From assembly GCA_001796045.1 (NCBI GenBank), contig MGLN01000110.1:8215-44341 (forward strand): a stretch of 36,127 nucleotides of DNA. Reading direction: 5' to 3'. This stretch comes from Caulobacterales bacterium RIFOXYB1_FULL_67_16 (GTDB lineage Bacteria > Pseudomonadota > Alphaproteobacteria > Caulobacterales > Caulobacteraceae). The notes below the pieces were generated by a model. It was not told where the DNA came from. It was given only the letters and a program-made list of their open reading frames with translations, and did no database searches. Positions 1 to 9,258 of the stretch are shown here, piece after piece; the first letter of the stretch is position 1, and every line of letters begins with the position of its first letter. The position numbers and the translations under genes are program-made.

Positions 1-1520
1 CGGGGGGTAGAGCCAGCCGTTCGCGCCGCCGACGCCGGTGATCCGTCGGGGCGCCGCGACCGCGATCCGGTCGAGTTCGGGGTTCAGCCGCCAGACCACC
101 TCCCGGCGTTGGCCGCGCTGCAGGCGAAGTACGATGGGTCCCTCCTCGGGCCCACTCCGGTCGAGGCCGATCTTTCGGCTCCAGCTGATCGCGGCCCCGG
201 GCGTCGCCTCGACGCATCGGGACTCCGCCTCAGGATCGGCCCAGACCTGGCACAGTCGCCCGTCTGGACGCGCGACCACGGCGAAGGTCGCCTTCAGCGG
301 ACCGCTCTGCGCCCGCAATCCGAAGGGACCACGGGAGTTTACGACCGACGCGGCGGTCCCGAGATCGGCGAGCTCGCCGCTTGCGCCAAGGCGCGTGACG
401 CGACCGCCGCTGGTGAACAGAACCGAGGAGCGACCCTCGGCGACGAGCCGGGCGTCCGGAGACAGGCCCGTGAGCGGCAGGCTGTCGGCGCCGGCGACGA
501 ACCAGCCCTCGCGGGACCCGGAGCGGCCCTTGAAGATCGGGACGCCGCCCAGCCAACCGCCCTCGGCCGTCGCCATGCCCTGGAAGTCGATCGGCGTGAT
601 GGGGTGCGCCCCGGCCGGGGTCACGTCCCGCGTCGCGCCGTCCGGGGCCACGGTCAAAAGCCGGGCCGGTTCGTCGCCGATCGTCGCCACCAGAAGGGCG
701 TCGGAGGCGGGCGACCAAGCCAGCAGGCTCGTCGAGATGTTGCCGGTCTCAGGCGGCCGGACGGCGGCCCCGGGAGGGGACCATCCAGGAGCATCGCGGC
801 GTATCGTCCGTCCGGAGAGGCCTCGAGGTCGAGGAAGGGACCGTCGGCGATCGCCGCGGCCTCCCCGGTGACGGCGTCGATCCGCCAGAGGCGTCGCGGC
901 GACAGGGCCTCGGGCGGTCCGTCCCCGCCCACCGTGATCGCGGCCGGAAACCCAGCCGTCGCCGCCGCCCTCAACGCCAGCAGACGCGCCTGTTCCGCGC
1001 GGGGACCGGCCAGTCTCGGAGGAAGCGCCCCGTCCGGCATGCCAAGAACAACGAGGGTGTCGTCGGTTAGCCATTCCAGGGACCGGCCCCACAGGCCGAG
1101 TTCGGGCGCCACCTCAGTCCAGACCACGCGTCCGGTCGCGAATTCGACGATCCCGAGCCGCCATTCGTCGTTCCGAAGCCGAAGCACGGCCAGACGCCGG
1201 CCGCCCGGCGAGAAGGCGCCGAGGGAATAGCCGGTGTCTTCCGCCATCGGCAGGAGCGGTCGCGGACGGCCCGGGGCATCGAGGTCGATGCGGTAGAGCC
1301 GGGCGTACCGGTTGGCGCCTTCGGCCTCCAGATCATGGCGGGGAAGATCGCCTCGGGCGCGCCGCTCCTCAAAGACGGCGACCGCGCCGGACGGATCGAT
1401 GGCGACCCGTCCGAAGCTCTCGAGCCCCAGAATGACATCCACCGTGAGCGGCTCTTGCCGGGCCAACGCCGGGCACGCCGTCGCGAGCAGGCCCGCGAGG
1501 GCCAAAGCGACCGTGCGCAT
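1..1520 (-). pseudogene. Secreted S9-family (prolyl oligopeptidase / AtxE2 isopeptidase-like) peptidase, frameshifted near 770-790, runs off the window start
   Basis: ORF 654..1520 has a signal peptide and beta-propeller-like repeats (AFSPGGRRLA, ASPDGRYAA). After LLDGPLP the plausible protein continues in another frame (GAAVRPPETGNISTSLLAWSPASDALLV...LNPELDRIAVAAPRRITGVGGANGWLYPP), open to base 1. GWLYxP typically precedes the S9 catalytic domain, which lies outside the window. Confidence 0.65.
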
Positions 1521-1526
1521 GGACGA

Positions 1527-4475
1527 TCACCAGCGCTTGACGAGCTGAAGGGAGATCTGCCGGCCCAGCACATTAGTGTTGGCGGCGTCGTAACCGATCC
1601 CCGCCGGCGCATCGTAGAAGGGCGGCTCCTCATTGGTCAGATTGAGCACATTCAGGGTGAGCGAAAGACCTTCACCCCATCCGTTCTGAAGGTCGTAGCG
1701 GACCTGGCCGTCGATGGTGATCCAGTCGTCGATCCCCCGACCGTTGACCCGATCGCGTCCTCCGCTGACATGATTGAGGGCGCCGCCGAGCGTGAGCGGC
1801 CCCCGGAGCCACTGGGCGCCGAAGCGGCCCCGCCAGCGCGCCGGAAAGTTCGGGGCGCCGAGCAGGTCCTCGGTTGGGGATGCAGCGGTGACCGTCCGGT
1901 CGTTGGTCAGGAGATGGGTCACCGTCGCGTCGAGCGAGATGTCGTCCGAGCCCAGGGTGAAGCGATAGCGCGTCGAAAGGTCGAGCCCTTCGACCTCCAA
2001 GGCGGAGGCGTTGACGTACCGGTTGTCGATGACGGCGCCGTAGGCGGTCGCCGGGAAAACGTTCGGATTGAAGTTGCCCGGGTGGCTGAGAAGAGACTGG
2101 ACATAGGCCAGGTCGTCTGCGTTGGAGCCGGGACTCACATAGCGGATGAAGGGGGCCAGGGTCGGGTCGTTGAGCGCGTTGATCAGGTTCTCCGCGACCG
2201 GGTTCGCGATCCGGTCCTCGAAGGTTGTCCGAAACCAGCCGGCCTCGATTCGCAGCCCTTCGGCGGCCGCGGGCGTCCAGACGAAGCCCGCCGTCCACGA
2301 CTCCGCAGTCTCCGGGATGAGGTCGGGGTTGCCTCCATACTGGACGATGCTGATCACATTGGAGCCGGCGCGGTCCAGGAAGACCGGGCCGAGCCGGTAG
2401 GCGCTGTTCAACTCCCTTAGCGACGGGGCGCGGAACGAGGTGCCGTAGCTGGCGCGCACGAGCAGATCGGGCGTTGGGTTGTAGAGGACGCCGACCTTGG
2501 GATTGCTGGTCTGGCCGATCCCTTCATGGTCCTCGATACGACCGGCGAGCGACAGCTCCAGTCGCTGGAGGCCAGGCCTGGCGTTGTCGGGCCCCACGAG
2601 CGGGGCGCGCAGTTCGACGAAGGCGGCCGAGACATCGCGCTCGAACGTCGTCGGGGCGGCGATGCGCGGCGCCGCGCCGGAGATGAAATTCTCGCCGGAG
2701 GTTTCGAAGCGCTCCTGGCGATAGTCGAGGCCCACCGCCAAGCGCAGGTCGCCGCCCGGTAGGGCGAAGAGGACCCCGTCGGCCTTGAGGTTGAAGGAGC
2801 CGACCGTGCTGATGTTCTCGGATCGAAGGTAGCCGGACCCGATGAAGGCCAACAGGGCCGGGCTATGGTCGGCGGGATCGCCATAGGGATTGAAATAGCC
2901 GTCGACGGCGGGGTTGAAGGGTGTCGACGGATTGTTCGGCGTGGCGCCGAGGGCCTCGTCGAGCCGGGTCGTCTGCACCCGGTTCGAGGCCGTCAGCCCG
3001 GTGGTCTCGCGGCCGCCGCTCAAATAGGCCGCGATGTTCCATCCGGCGAGTTCGCCGGTGATCCCGACGGCGCCGCCGACGCTGCGGGAGAAGCCTTCGT
3101 CACGGCCCGGTCCCAAGTTGTTGATGAAGGAATAGGCGATCTCCTGGTACGGCTCGCCCGCCACCGGCACGAAGAAGGGATTGTCCGGCGTTACGAACAG
3201 GATGCCGATGTCGGCCACCGAGTCCTGGCTATAGGTCCGGTCGGTGTAGCGAAGGTCGCCGTCCAGACTGAAGCCGCCCGGAAGGTCCTGCCGGCCCGCC
3301 ACAAACAGGCTGTGTCGGCGCTGGTGCGGCAGGCTCCAGAGGCCCTCCATCTGATTGGTCAGATTGACTTCGCCCGGGCGAAAGTCTCCGGGCGTGAGAC
3401 CCACGCCGTTCTGGTTGCGAGGGATGGCGTAGACCGGTTCATAGGATCCGCTGACTGGATCGAACGCCATGAGGTTGCCCGGGGCCGCGTAGGTGAAGCG
3501 CCAGTCCGAGCCGCCCAGCGGGCGGAGGTCCGCATTCGCGGTCGCGCGACGGTCGGCGGCGCGCAACTCGCCGCGGTCGTGGAATTCGTAAGCGGCGATG
3601 AGCCCGCCGCTCGACCAGTTAAAGCCGCCGCTGTGAGACAGCAGCGTCTCCTCGGCCCCGCCGTCGCTGGTGCCGCCGACGCGCAGCCGGGTTTCGGCGC
3701 CATCGAATCGGGACTTCAGGATGATGTTGACCACGCCGCCGACTGCGTCCGCGCCATAGAGGGCGGACGCGCCGTCGAGCAGCACGTCCGCCCGGGCGAT
3801 GGCGCTGCTGGGAAGATTGGAGATGTCCGAGAAGTCGCCGGCGCTGCCCGTGCCCGCGATCCGCCGTCCGTTGACCAGGACGAGGGTCGCATCCGCCCCG
3901 AGACCCCGCAGGTTCACCCCGGTCGCATAGGCCGAGTTGCGGCTCGTGCGGTCCGCACCCGTCCCGGCCGACCCCTCATAGGCCGCCCCCGTGAAGTTCT
4001 GCGGCAGGGCGGCGAGCGTCTCGGCAACCGTCGCGCGCCCCTGTCGGGCGATGTCGTCCTGGGTGATGACGGTGACCGGCGACGGACTGTCCGCGCCCCG
4101 CAGATAGGTCCCCGTGACCACGATTTCCTCAAGCTGGGTGGCCTGCGGTTCGGCTTCTGCGCGGACCGGATCAACGAGCACGAAGACTGTCGGACGGCTC
4201 TGATGATAGGTCAGGCCCGTCCCGCGCAGGAGCTCTGCGAGCGCGGCCTCAGGGGTGTATTCGCCGGTTAGGGCGCGGGCCTGTCGCCCGGCCACGAGCG
4301 CGCTGGGATAGAGAATCTGAAGGCCGCTCTGCTGGGCGAACACAGGCAGGCTGCGGTCGAGCGGACCGGCGCTGATGCTGAAAGTCCGGACGGCCTCGGT
4401 CGATTGCGCGATGACCGGCGTCGCGACACCCAGCATGAGCGCGGCGAGCGCGGTTGAAGTGAACTCTTGACCCAT
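1527..4475 (-). CDS. TonB-dependent receptor/transducer with N-terminal STN signalling domain
   Basis: 982 aa; signal peptide; STN domain (FSISAGPLDRSL...LLRGTGL); TonB box EEIVVTG; plug NLRGLG...TLVLVNGRR, DGASALYGADAVGGVVNII; C-terminal aromatic residue (W). Confidence 0.95.
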   Translation of the reverse strand: MGQEFTSTALAALMLGVATPVIAQSTEAVRTFSISAGPLDRSLPVFAQQSGLQILYPSALVAGRQARALTGEYTPEAALAELLRGTGLTYHQSRPTVFVLVDPVRAEAEPQATQLEEIVVTGTYLRGADSPSPVTVITQDDIARQGRATVAETLAALPQNFTGAAYEGSAGTGADRTSRNSAYATGVNLRGLGADATLVLVNGRRIAGTGSAGDFSDISNLPSSAIARADVLLDGASALYGADAVGGVVNIILKSRFDGAETRLRVGGTSDGGAEETLLSHSGGFNWSSGGLIAAYEFHDRGELRAADRRATANADLRPLGGSDWRFTYAAPGNLMAFDPVSGSYEPVYAIPRNQNGVGLTPGDFRPGEVNLTNQMEGLWSLPHQRRHSLFVAGRQDLPGGFSLDGDLRYTDRTYSQDSVADIGILFVTPDNPFFVPVAGEPYQEIAYSFINNLGPGRDEGFSRSVGGAVGITGELAGWNIAAYLSGGRETTGLTASNRVQTTRLDEALGATPNNPSTPFNPAVDGYFNPYGDPADHSPALLAFIGSGYLRSENISTVGSFNLKADGVLFALPGGDLRLAVGLDYRQERFETSGENFISGAAPRIAAPTTFERDVSAAFVELRAPLVGPDNARPGLQRLELSLAGRIEDHEGIGQTSNPKVGVLYNPTPDLLVRASYGTSFRAPSLRELNSAYRLGPVFLDRAGSNVISIVQYGGNPDLIPETAESWTAGFVWTPAAAEGLRIEAGWFRTTFEDRIANPVAENLINALNDPTLAPFIRYVSPGSNADDLAYVQSLLSHPGNFNPNVFPATAYGAVIDNRYVNASALEVEGLDLSTRYRFTLGSDDISLDATVTHLLTNDRTVTAASPTEDLLGAPNFPARWRGRFGAQWLRGPLTLGGALNHVSGGRDRVNGRGIDDWITIDGQVRYDLQNGWGEGLSLTLNVLNLTNEEPPFYDAPAGIGYDAANTNVLGRQISLQLVKRW

Positions 4476-4520
4476 GATTTCCCCCTCTTTTCTACCCGCG
4501 GCTTTGCGGGGCGGGGAGGA

Positions 4521-4546
4521 GACGTTGGGTCGCGGTGCGTCCCCTA
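4521..4546 (-). promoter_or_regulatory. Candidate ECF-sigma promoter for the TonB receptor (TAGGGG-N16-CGTC)
   Basis: Minus strand reads TAGGGG acgcaccgcgacccaa CGTC about 45 bp upstream of the receptor ATG; the spacing is ECF-like. Confidence 0.45.
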
Positions 4547-4566
4547 AGTCCGGACGCAGATTATTT

Positions 4567-5553
4567 TCACGCCGGCCCCGAGAGGATCAGATGGCCGTCG
4601 GCCGCCGTGACAGCCTCTAGGTGATAGAGGTCACGCAGCGCGGCCACGAAGCCGTCAATATCCCCGGCGTTGAAGACGCCGCTGACGTGGATCGACGAAA
4701 CGCGTTGATCGCGAAGCTCGATCGGCTTGGCGCTGTAGCGGTTCACCTCCGCCACGGCCGCGGCGATCGGCGTGTTCTCGAACGTGAGCCGGCCCACCGT
4801 CCAGCTGGTTTCGGCCGGGACATTGACCGCGACGACCCGGGGCGTCGGACCTGAGGTGGTAAGCTGCTGGCCGGGCGCCAGGGTCCATTGGGCCGTCGTC
4901 GAAGACGGCTTGTGAACGTCGACGCGCCCTTCGACCAGGACGACACGAGCCCCGGAGCCGGATCGGCGAACGTCGAACCGCGTGCCCACGGCGGTGACCT
5001 CCGTGTCGCCGGCCAAGACGAGGAAAGGCCGCGCGGCGTCGCCCTCGACCTCGAACATGGCGCGTCCGGCGGCGAGCGTGACCAGGCGACGGGCGTCGGT
5101 GAAGCGAACAGTGACCCGGGAGTCCGTGTCGAGGACGATGCGGGAGCCGTCTTCCAGCCGCACGGTGCGTTGCTCGCCGATGGCCGTAGCGTAGGCGGCC
5201 GGCCGCTGCATAGACCACCAGGTCAGGCTTCCGGCTCCGATCACAAGCGCCAGGGCGCCCGCGACGCCGAGCGGGATCAGACGGCCGGCGTCGCGCATCC
5301 GACGCCGCGGGCGCGCCCTTTCAATCCGACCCAGGGTCTCGTCGGCGAGCCCCGCCATCGCCGGGCTTTGCGCCAGCGTTCCTGCCGCGTCCCACATGGC
5401 TTCGAGACGGCTGAAAGCGCGGGCGTTCTCCGGGTCTCGCCGCCATTCGCTGAAAGCCCTGATGTCGGCGGTCGTGACCTTGCGCTGGTTCAACTTGCTG
5501 AACCAGTCGGCGGTTTCCTTACGCCTGATGTCGGCTTCAGCCTCGATCATCAT
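4567..5553 (-). CDS. fecR: FecR-family anti-sigma / transmembrane signal transducer
   Basis: N-terminal AxWF...FxxW motif, one TM helix, TAIGEQRTVRLEDGSRIVLDTDS, TAVGTRFDVR, C-terminal EVNRY...SGVF. Confidence 0.93.
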   Translation of the reverse strand: MMIEAEADIRRKETADWFSKLNQRKVTTADIRAFSEWRRDPENARAFSRLEAMWDAAGTLAQSPAMAGLADETLGRIERARPRRRMRDAGRLIPLGVAGALALVIGAGSLTWWSMQRPAAYATAIGEQRTVRLEDGSRIVLDTDSRVTVRFTDARRLVTLAAGRAMFEVEGDAARPFLVLAGDTEVTAVGTRFDVRRSGSGARVVLVEGRVDVHKPSSTTAQWTLAPGQQLTTSGPTPRVVAVNVPAETSWTVGRLTFENTPIAAAVAEVNRYSAKPIELRDQRVSSIHVSGVFNAGDIDGFVAALRDLYHLEAVTAADGHLILSGPA

Positions 5554-5560
5554 CCGTTGC

Positions 5561-6052
5561 CTACAGGTCCAGCCGAGACGTGCAGTACTCGAGCGCCCTC
5601 GACATTCGCCATTCCACCGTTTTCACGCTGATCTCGAGCGACACGGCAATCTCGGGATAAGTCATACCGCCAAAGCGGTTCAAGACGAAGACGTCGCGGT
5701 AGAGTTGCGGCATGGACCTGATAACCTGCTCGAGAAGGACTTGGTCGAACTGCGGCGCGGCCTCGGCCTCGGCAGGTCTTTGGAGCGCTTGGCTCTGGCG
5801 GCGGCGGCCCTCTCGTCGGCTTTCATCGCGGACCAGGTTGAGGGCGATCCGAAGCAGGAACGCCTTTGGATGTCGGATGTCCGACAGGGCGTAGGGCGCC
5901 GCTCGGAGATAGGTCTCCTGAACGACATCCGCCGCAGCGTCGGCCCCGATGTGAGAGCGCAACCGGCGATCTAGCCAGACGGCGTAGCGCCGGTAGAGAC
6001 GGTTGATCCCGTCCTGCGCCTCCGCCACTAGCGGCTTCGTATCGGTCACCAC
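5561..6052 (-). CDS. FecI-like ECF sigma-70 factor
   Basis: AADVVQETYLR (region 2); FGGMTYPEIAVSLEISVKTVEWRMSRAL (region 4). Likely GTG start at 6052 or 6049 after GGAG; adjacent to fecR. Confidence 0.9.
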   Translation of the reverse strand: MVTDTKPLVAEAQDGINRLYRRYAVWLDRRLRSHIGADAAADVVQETYLRAAPYALSDIRHPKAFLLRIALNLVRDESRREGRRRQSQALQRPAEAEAAPQFDQVLLEQVIRSMPQLYRDVFVLNRFGGMTYPEIAVSLEISVKTVEWRMSRALEYCTSRLDL

Positions 6053-6531
6053 GGATCTCCGACCCCTCGACGAGAGGGACGGGAATCCCGGCGTGGCCGC
6101 GCGATTCTGGGCAGGCGCGCGACGCGCGCCCTTAGAAGGCGGCAACCGGCTCACGCGCAGAGCGGAAGCCGTCGATGATTGATATCGCACAGGGGATTCC
6201 AGGCCCCTGCCGACGCGAAGGTCGGCTTGGTCAGCATGAATCAAACGGAATCCCGAAGCAAGCGGGAGGGGTCGGGCGTTGGAATCCTCTGCGATCGAGG
6301 CCCGTTAATTCAGCGGACAGCGCCGCCTCCGTCAGCGACGAACCCCGGCTCCTGCTGCGCGCCTATTTCGCGGCGCCCGACGCCTCCGCTGTAGGCCCAG
6401 CCTGTCTGCGGTTCAACCGGCGAGAGGGCCGCCACACCGCAAGAAACCTGCGGGCGACCCGCAATTCATCGACGTTGCCCGCGTCCGAACTAGCCGTGTA
6501 CGGAAGAAGTCGGACAACCGGTGGTGTAGTA

Positions 6532-6774
6532 ATGGAAGCTGTCTCCGAAGATCCGGACCGTGGATCGCCCGCTGTCACCCTGAGCCCGCGCGAACAGGAA
6601 TGCCTGCAATGGGTCTGTCGCGGAAAGAGCTCGTCCGACATCGGGGTCATTCTGTCCCTGTCGCCCCGCACCGTGGACAGTTATCTCGAGAAGGTCTGTT
6701 CGAAACTCCGGGTCCGCACCCGGATCGAGGCGGTCGCGTCAGGGGTGCGGCGCGGTCTGATCGACCCCGGATGA
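6532..6774 (+). CDS. LuxR-family HTH-only transcriptional regulator (about 80 aa)
   Basis: LSPREQECLQWVCRGKSSSDIGVILSLSPRTVDSYLEKVCSKLRVRTRIEAV is a GerE/LuxR HTH. The longer ORF 5' extension looks non-coding. Confidence 0.85.
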   Translation: MEAVSEDPDRGSPAVTLSPREQECLQWVCRGKSSSDIGVILSLSPRTVDSYLEKVCSKLRVRTRIEAVASGVRRGLIDPG

Positions 6775-6966
6775 GGGAGGGGGCGGGCCAGGAACTTCTG
6801 TGATGAAGCCCGGCGTTTCACCGTCGATCGCCGCCGACACTCTCGCGTCCCCTGGCTCTCGATCGGCGGCTATCGATCCCGGAACCCGCCGCGCTTGATC
6901 CTATACCGCTTCCACGCACTTCGCGAGCAGCCTTGACCGGATGACCTTGAGGGGAAAAACACCCAG

Positions 6967-7344
6967 ATGCCCAAGTACGCGCCCCTCGCCACATTCCTTC
7001 GCCGGCAAAAGCAGACGACTGTGACGCTGACGTTTCGGGACATCGAACGGATCGTCGGCGCCCTTCTCCCGAAAGCCGCAACCGCCGACGGCTGGTGGCG
7101 CGAGGGCCCGTCGGGGCCGTCGGCGCCTCAGCACATTGCCTTGGCAGAGGCAGGGTTCGTCGCTGAGCCGCAGGTACGCGGCGAAGTCGTGCGTTTCGTG
7201 GGGTCGCCTCAAAGTCGCGTCGTGCTGACGGATGTCGAGCCGAATCCGAAAGTGCTCGGTGATCGTACGGCTCCGGGTGACGCAGGAGACGACCGGCTTG
7301 CGTCAATGAGGGTCGGCGGGGCCCTGAAGCGCCGGCGCGTCTGA
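6967..7344 (+). CDS. Small conserved-type hypothetical protein (KYxPL...LTFxDIExI...LP...WW motif)
   Basis: ATG after a purine-rich region; N-terminal motif resembles small accessory-region proteins; function not assignable. Confidence 0.6.
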   Translation: MPKYAPLATFLRRQKQTTVTLTFRDIERIVGALLPKAATADGWWREGPSGPSAPQHIALAEAGFVAEPQVRGEVVRFVGSPQSRVVLTDVEPNPKVLGDRTAPGDAGDDRLASMRVGGALKRRRV

Positions 7345-7533
7345 CGGAGCTGCCGTCGGCGCCGGCTGGACCGGTTCCGCCGGAGCTTGATCGGACTTCA
7401 TCTTGTCGCAACAACTCATGGCGGCATTGGCCGCCATCTCCGTGCAGCACTCGTCAGCTTGAGCGGCCAGGGCCGCTCCCGCGCTCAGAGCCAGGATCGC
7501 GCCGGCTGCGGCCAGCAGGTTGGAAACTCTCAT
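7303..7533 (-). CDS. Small secreted Cys/Met-rich protein (76 aa), putative metal-binding
   Basis: ATG at 7533 after AGGAAGGA; signal peptide ending ALA; mature part DECCTEM...MSCCDKM, then a Pro/Ala tail ending in His. Confidence 0.7.
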   Translation of the reverse strand: MRVSNLLAAAGAILALSAGAALAAQADECCTEMAANAAMSCCDKMKSDQAPAEPVQPAPTAAPSDAPALQGPADPH

Positions 7534-7734
7534 TCGTTCCTTCCTAATCAACCATAAACCTGACCGAGCCAGTAGTCGTATGACCATTCAGACGCTCTGC
7601 GGCCCAAACCGCGGTATAGGTTCCTGAGGCGAGGCGCGGAAGCGCGGCGCTGGCTGTGGCTGCGGGCGGAACCAAACGACCGTTGACGACCACCGGGCCT
7701 GGCCTTCAGCGGTGAGGGTCACCGTCTTCAGCAT

Positions 7735-7809
7735 CATGGGATGGACCATCGGGGCGTCGTTCACCCGGGTGACTTCCACCCGCTCGTAGTGTCCGAAGCG
7801 GATCGGCTC
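7735..7809 (-). pseudogene. Relic fragment of a CopA-type multicopper oxidase gene
   Basis: Encodes EPIRFGHYERVEVTRVNDAPMVHPM, 16/25 identical to EPIRFERNERVRVTLVNDTMMAHPI encoded at 18182-18256; the HLHGH copper ligands that should follow are missing. Confidence 0.7.
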
Positions 7810-7908
7810 GAAACTGTATCTGAGCGGCACTAAACACTCGGACGTCTCGGACAGGAGGTGTCTCAGGTCGGGATGAAGCAGCTGCGGCTTTGTGTGATCT
7901 TGAAAAAT

Positions 7909-7934
7909 CGAGGGGAAGATTTCCAAGGCGCGTA
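7909..7934 (+). promoter_or_regulatory. CnrH-type ECF promoter for copCD
   Basis: CGAGGG gaagatttccaaggcg CGTA (N16), 36 bp before the copC TTG. Confidence 0.8.
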
Positions 7935-7970
7935 AGTGACAGTAGGGGCGTCCCTTCCAAGGAGTTTGAG

Positions 7971-8333
7971 TTGACCCGTTTCAAGATCGCATCACTCGCC
8001 GCGACCGTCGCGGCGCTTTCCCTGGTCGCCGGTCAGGCGGACGCGCACGCGCGTCTCGTGAGCGCCACGCCGGCCGCCGGCGCCGCGGTCGCGGCGCCGC
8101 GCACCATCAGTCTGACCTTCAGCGAGCGCGTGGCTCCGGCCTTCTCGGGGTTCGACCTCGTCAACGCCGCGGGCGCGACCATTCGTGTCCAGACGCGGGT
8201 GTCCGAGGACGGCAAGACGATCTCGGGCGCTCCGGCGAGGCCGTTGGCGGCCGGGGCCTATGTGGTCAACTGGCGGGTGGCGTCTCCGGACGGGCACCGG
8301 ATGACGGGGTCCACCAACTTCTCGGTCCGCTGA
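7971..8333 (+). CDS. copC: Periplasmic copper-binding protein CopC
   Basis: TTG start after AAGGAG; signal peptide ADA-HARLVSATPA giving N-terminal His; YVVNWRVASPDGHRMTG. Confidence 0.93.
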   Translation: MTRFKIASLAATVAALSLVAGQADAHARLVSATPAAGAAVAAPRTISLTFSERVAPAFSGFDLVNAAGATIRVQTRVSEDGKTISGAPARPLAAGAYVVNWRVASPDGHRMTGSTNFSVR

Positions 8334-8337
8334 TCAG

Positions 8338-9258
8338 ATGGAGACAACGGTCGTCCTGCTGAGGCTGGGGCAGTACATCGGCGCCGTCCTGCTGTTTGGC
8401 GTCCCCCTGTTCTTCGCGTTCAGGATGCCCATGTCGGACGCGGCCGCCGAAAGGTGGCCGCGAACGAAGCTGCTGGTCGCCGCCGTGGCGACCGTCCTGG
8501 CTGCTCTCGCCAACCTCGTGGTCCAAACCGCCGTGATGGCGGGATCGCTGACCGAGGCGCTGAAGCCGGAGTCGCTGTCCTACGTGGCATTCGGCACGGG
8601 CCTGGGCGTCGGCTTCCTGGTTCGCGCGGCGATGGCCCTTTTGGCCGCCGTTCTGCTGATCAGTCTGAAACCGGGACGCGGCGGCTGGATCGTGCTGACC
8701 GTCGTCGGCGCTGTGGTCAGCGCCAGCCTGGCCTGGACCGGTCACGGCGCGGCGACGGAAGGCGTGGGCCGCTGGCCGCATCTGATCGCCGATGTCGTTC
8801 ACGCGCTCGCCGCCGGACTCTGGCTCGGCAGTCTGGTCGCGTTGTTCCTGATGCTGCGGACCCGCCACGGGCACGCGGCGGGCGCGCCGGTGACTCACGC
8901 CGCCCTGGAGGGGTTCGCCGGTCTGGGAACGCTCGCCGTCGTCCTGCTGACGATCACGGGTCTGGTGAACAGCGCCTATCTGATCGGGTTCAGCCGGCTC
9001 GGGAGCCTGTTGACGACGCCCTACGGCGTTCTTCTGATCCTGAAACTCGTCCTGTTCGCCGGCATGCTGGCCCTAGCGGCCTCGAACCGCTTTGTCCTGA
9101 CCCCGCATCTCGGATCGGCGCTCGAAGACGATCACGCCCGTCCGCTCGCCTTGCGCCGCCTGCGGCGCAGCCTGGCGCTGGAGACCGTGCTGGCGGCCCT
9201 GCTGCTTCTGATCGTGGCGATCATGGGCACCCAGGCGCCCCCCGCCGCCATGATGTGA
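8338..9258 (+). CDS. copD: Copper homeostasis inner-membrane protein CopD
   Basis: Multi-TM protein; LAWTGHGAA, DVVHALAAGLWLGSL, TPYGVLLILKL...LAASNR motifs; directly after copC. Confidence 0.93.
   Translation: METTVVLLRLGQYIGAVLLFGVPLFFAFRMPMSDAAAERWPRTKLLVAAVATVLAALANLVVQTAVMAGSLTEALKPESLSYVAFGTGLGVGFLVRAAMALLAAVLLISLKPGRGGWIVLTVVGAVVSASLAWTGHGAATEGVGRWPHLIADVVHALAAGLWLGSLVALFLMLRTRHGHAAGAPVTHAALEGFAGLGTLAVVLLTITGLVNSAYLIGFSRLGSLLTTPYGVLLILKLVLFAGMLALAASNRFVLTPHLGSALEDDHARPLALRRLRRSLALETVLAALLLLIVAIMGTQAPPAAMM

Noticed and set aside
6053-6531. Possible lasso precursor ORF
   Set aside because: No short ORF with the leader Thr(-2)/Gly1 and ring Asp/Glu pattern was noticed.
7588-7926. 112-aa ORF as a real gene
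   Set aside because: Overlaps the copCD promoter, lacks a good start, and only the 25-aa multicopper oxidase relic is recognisable.
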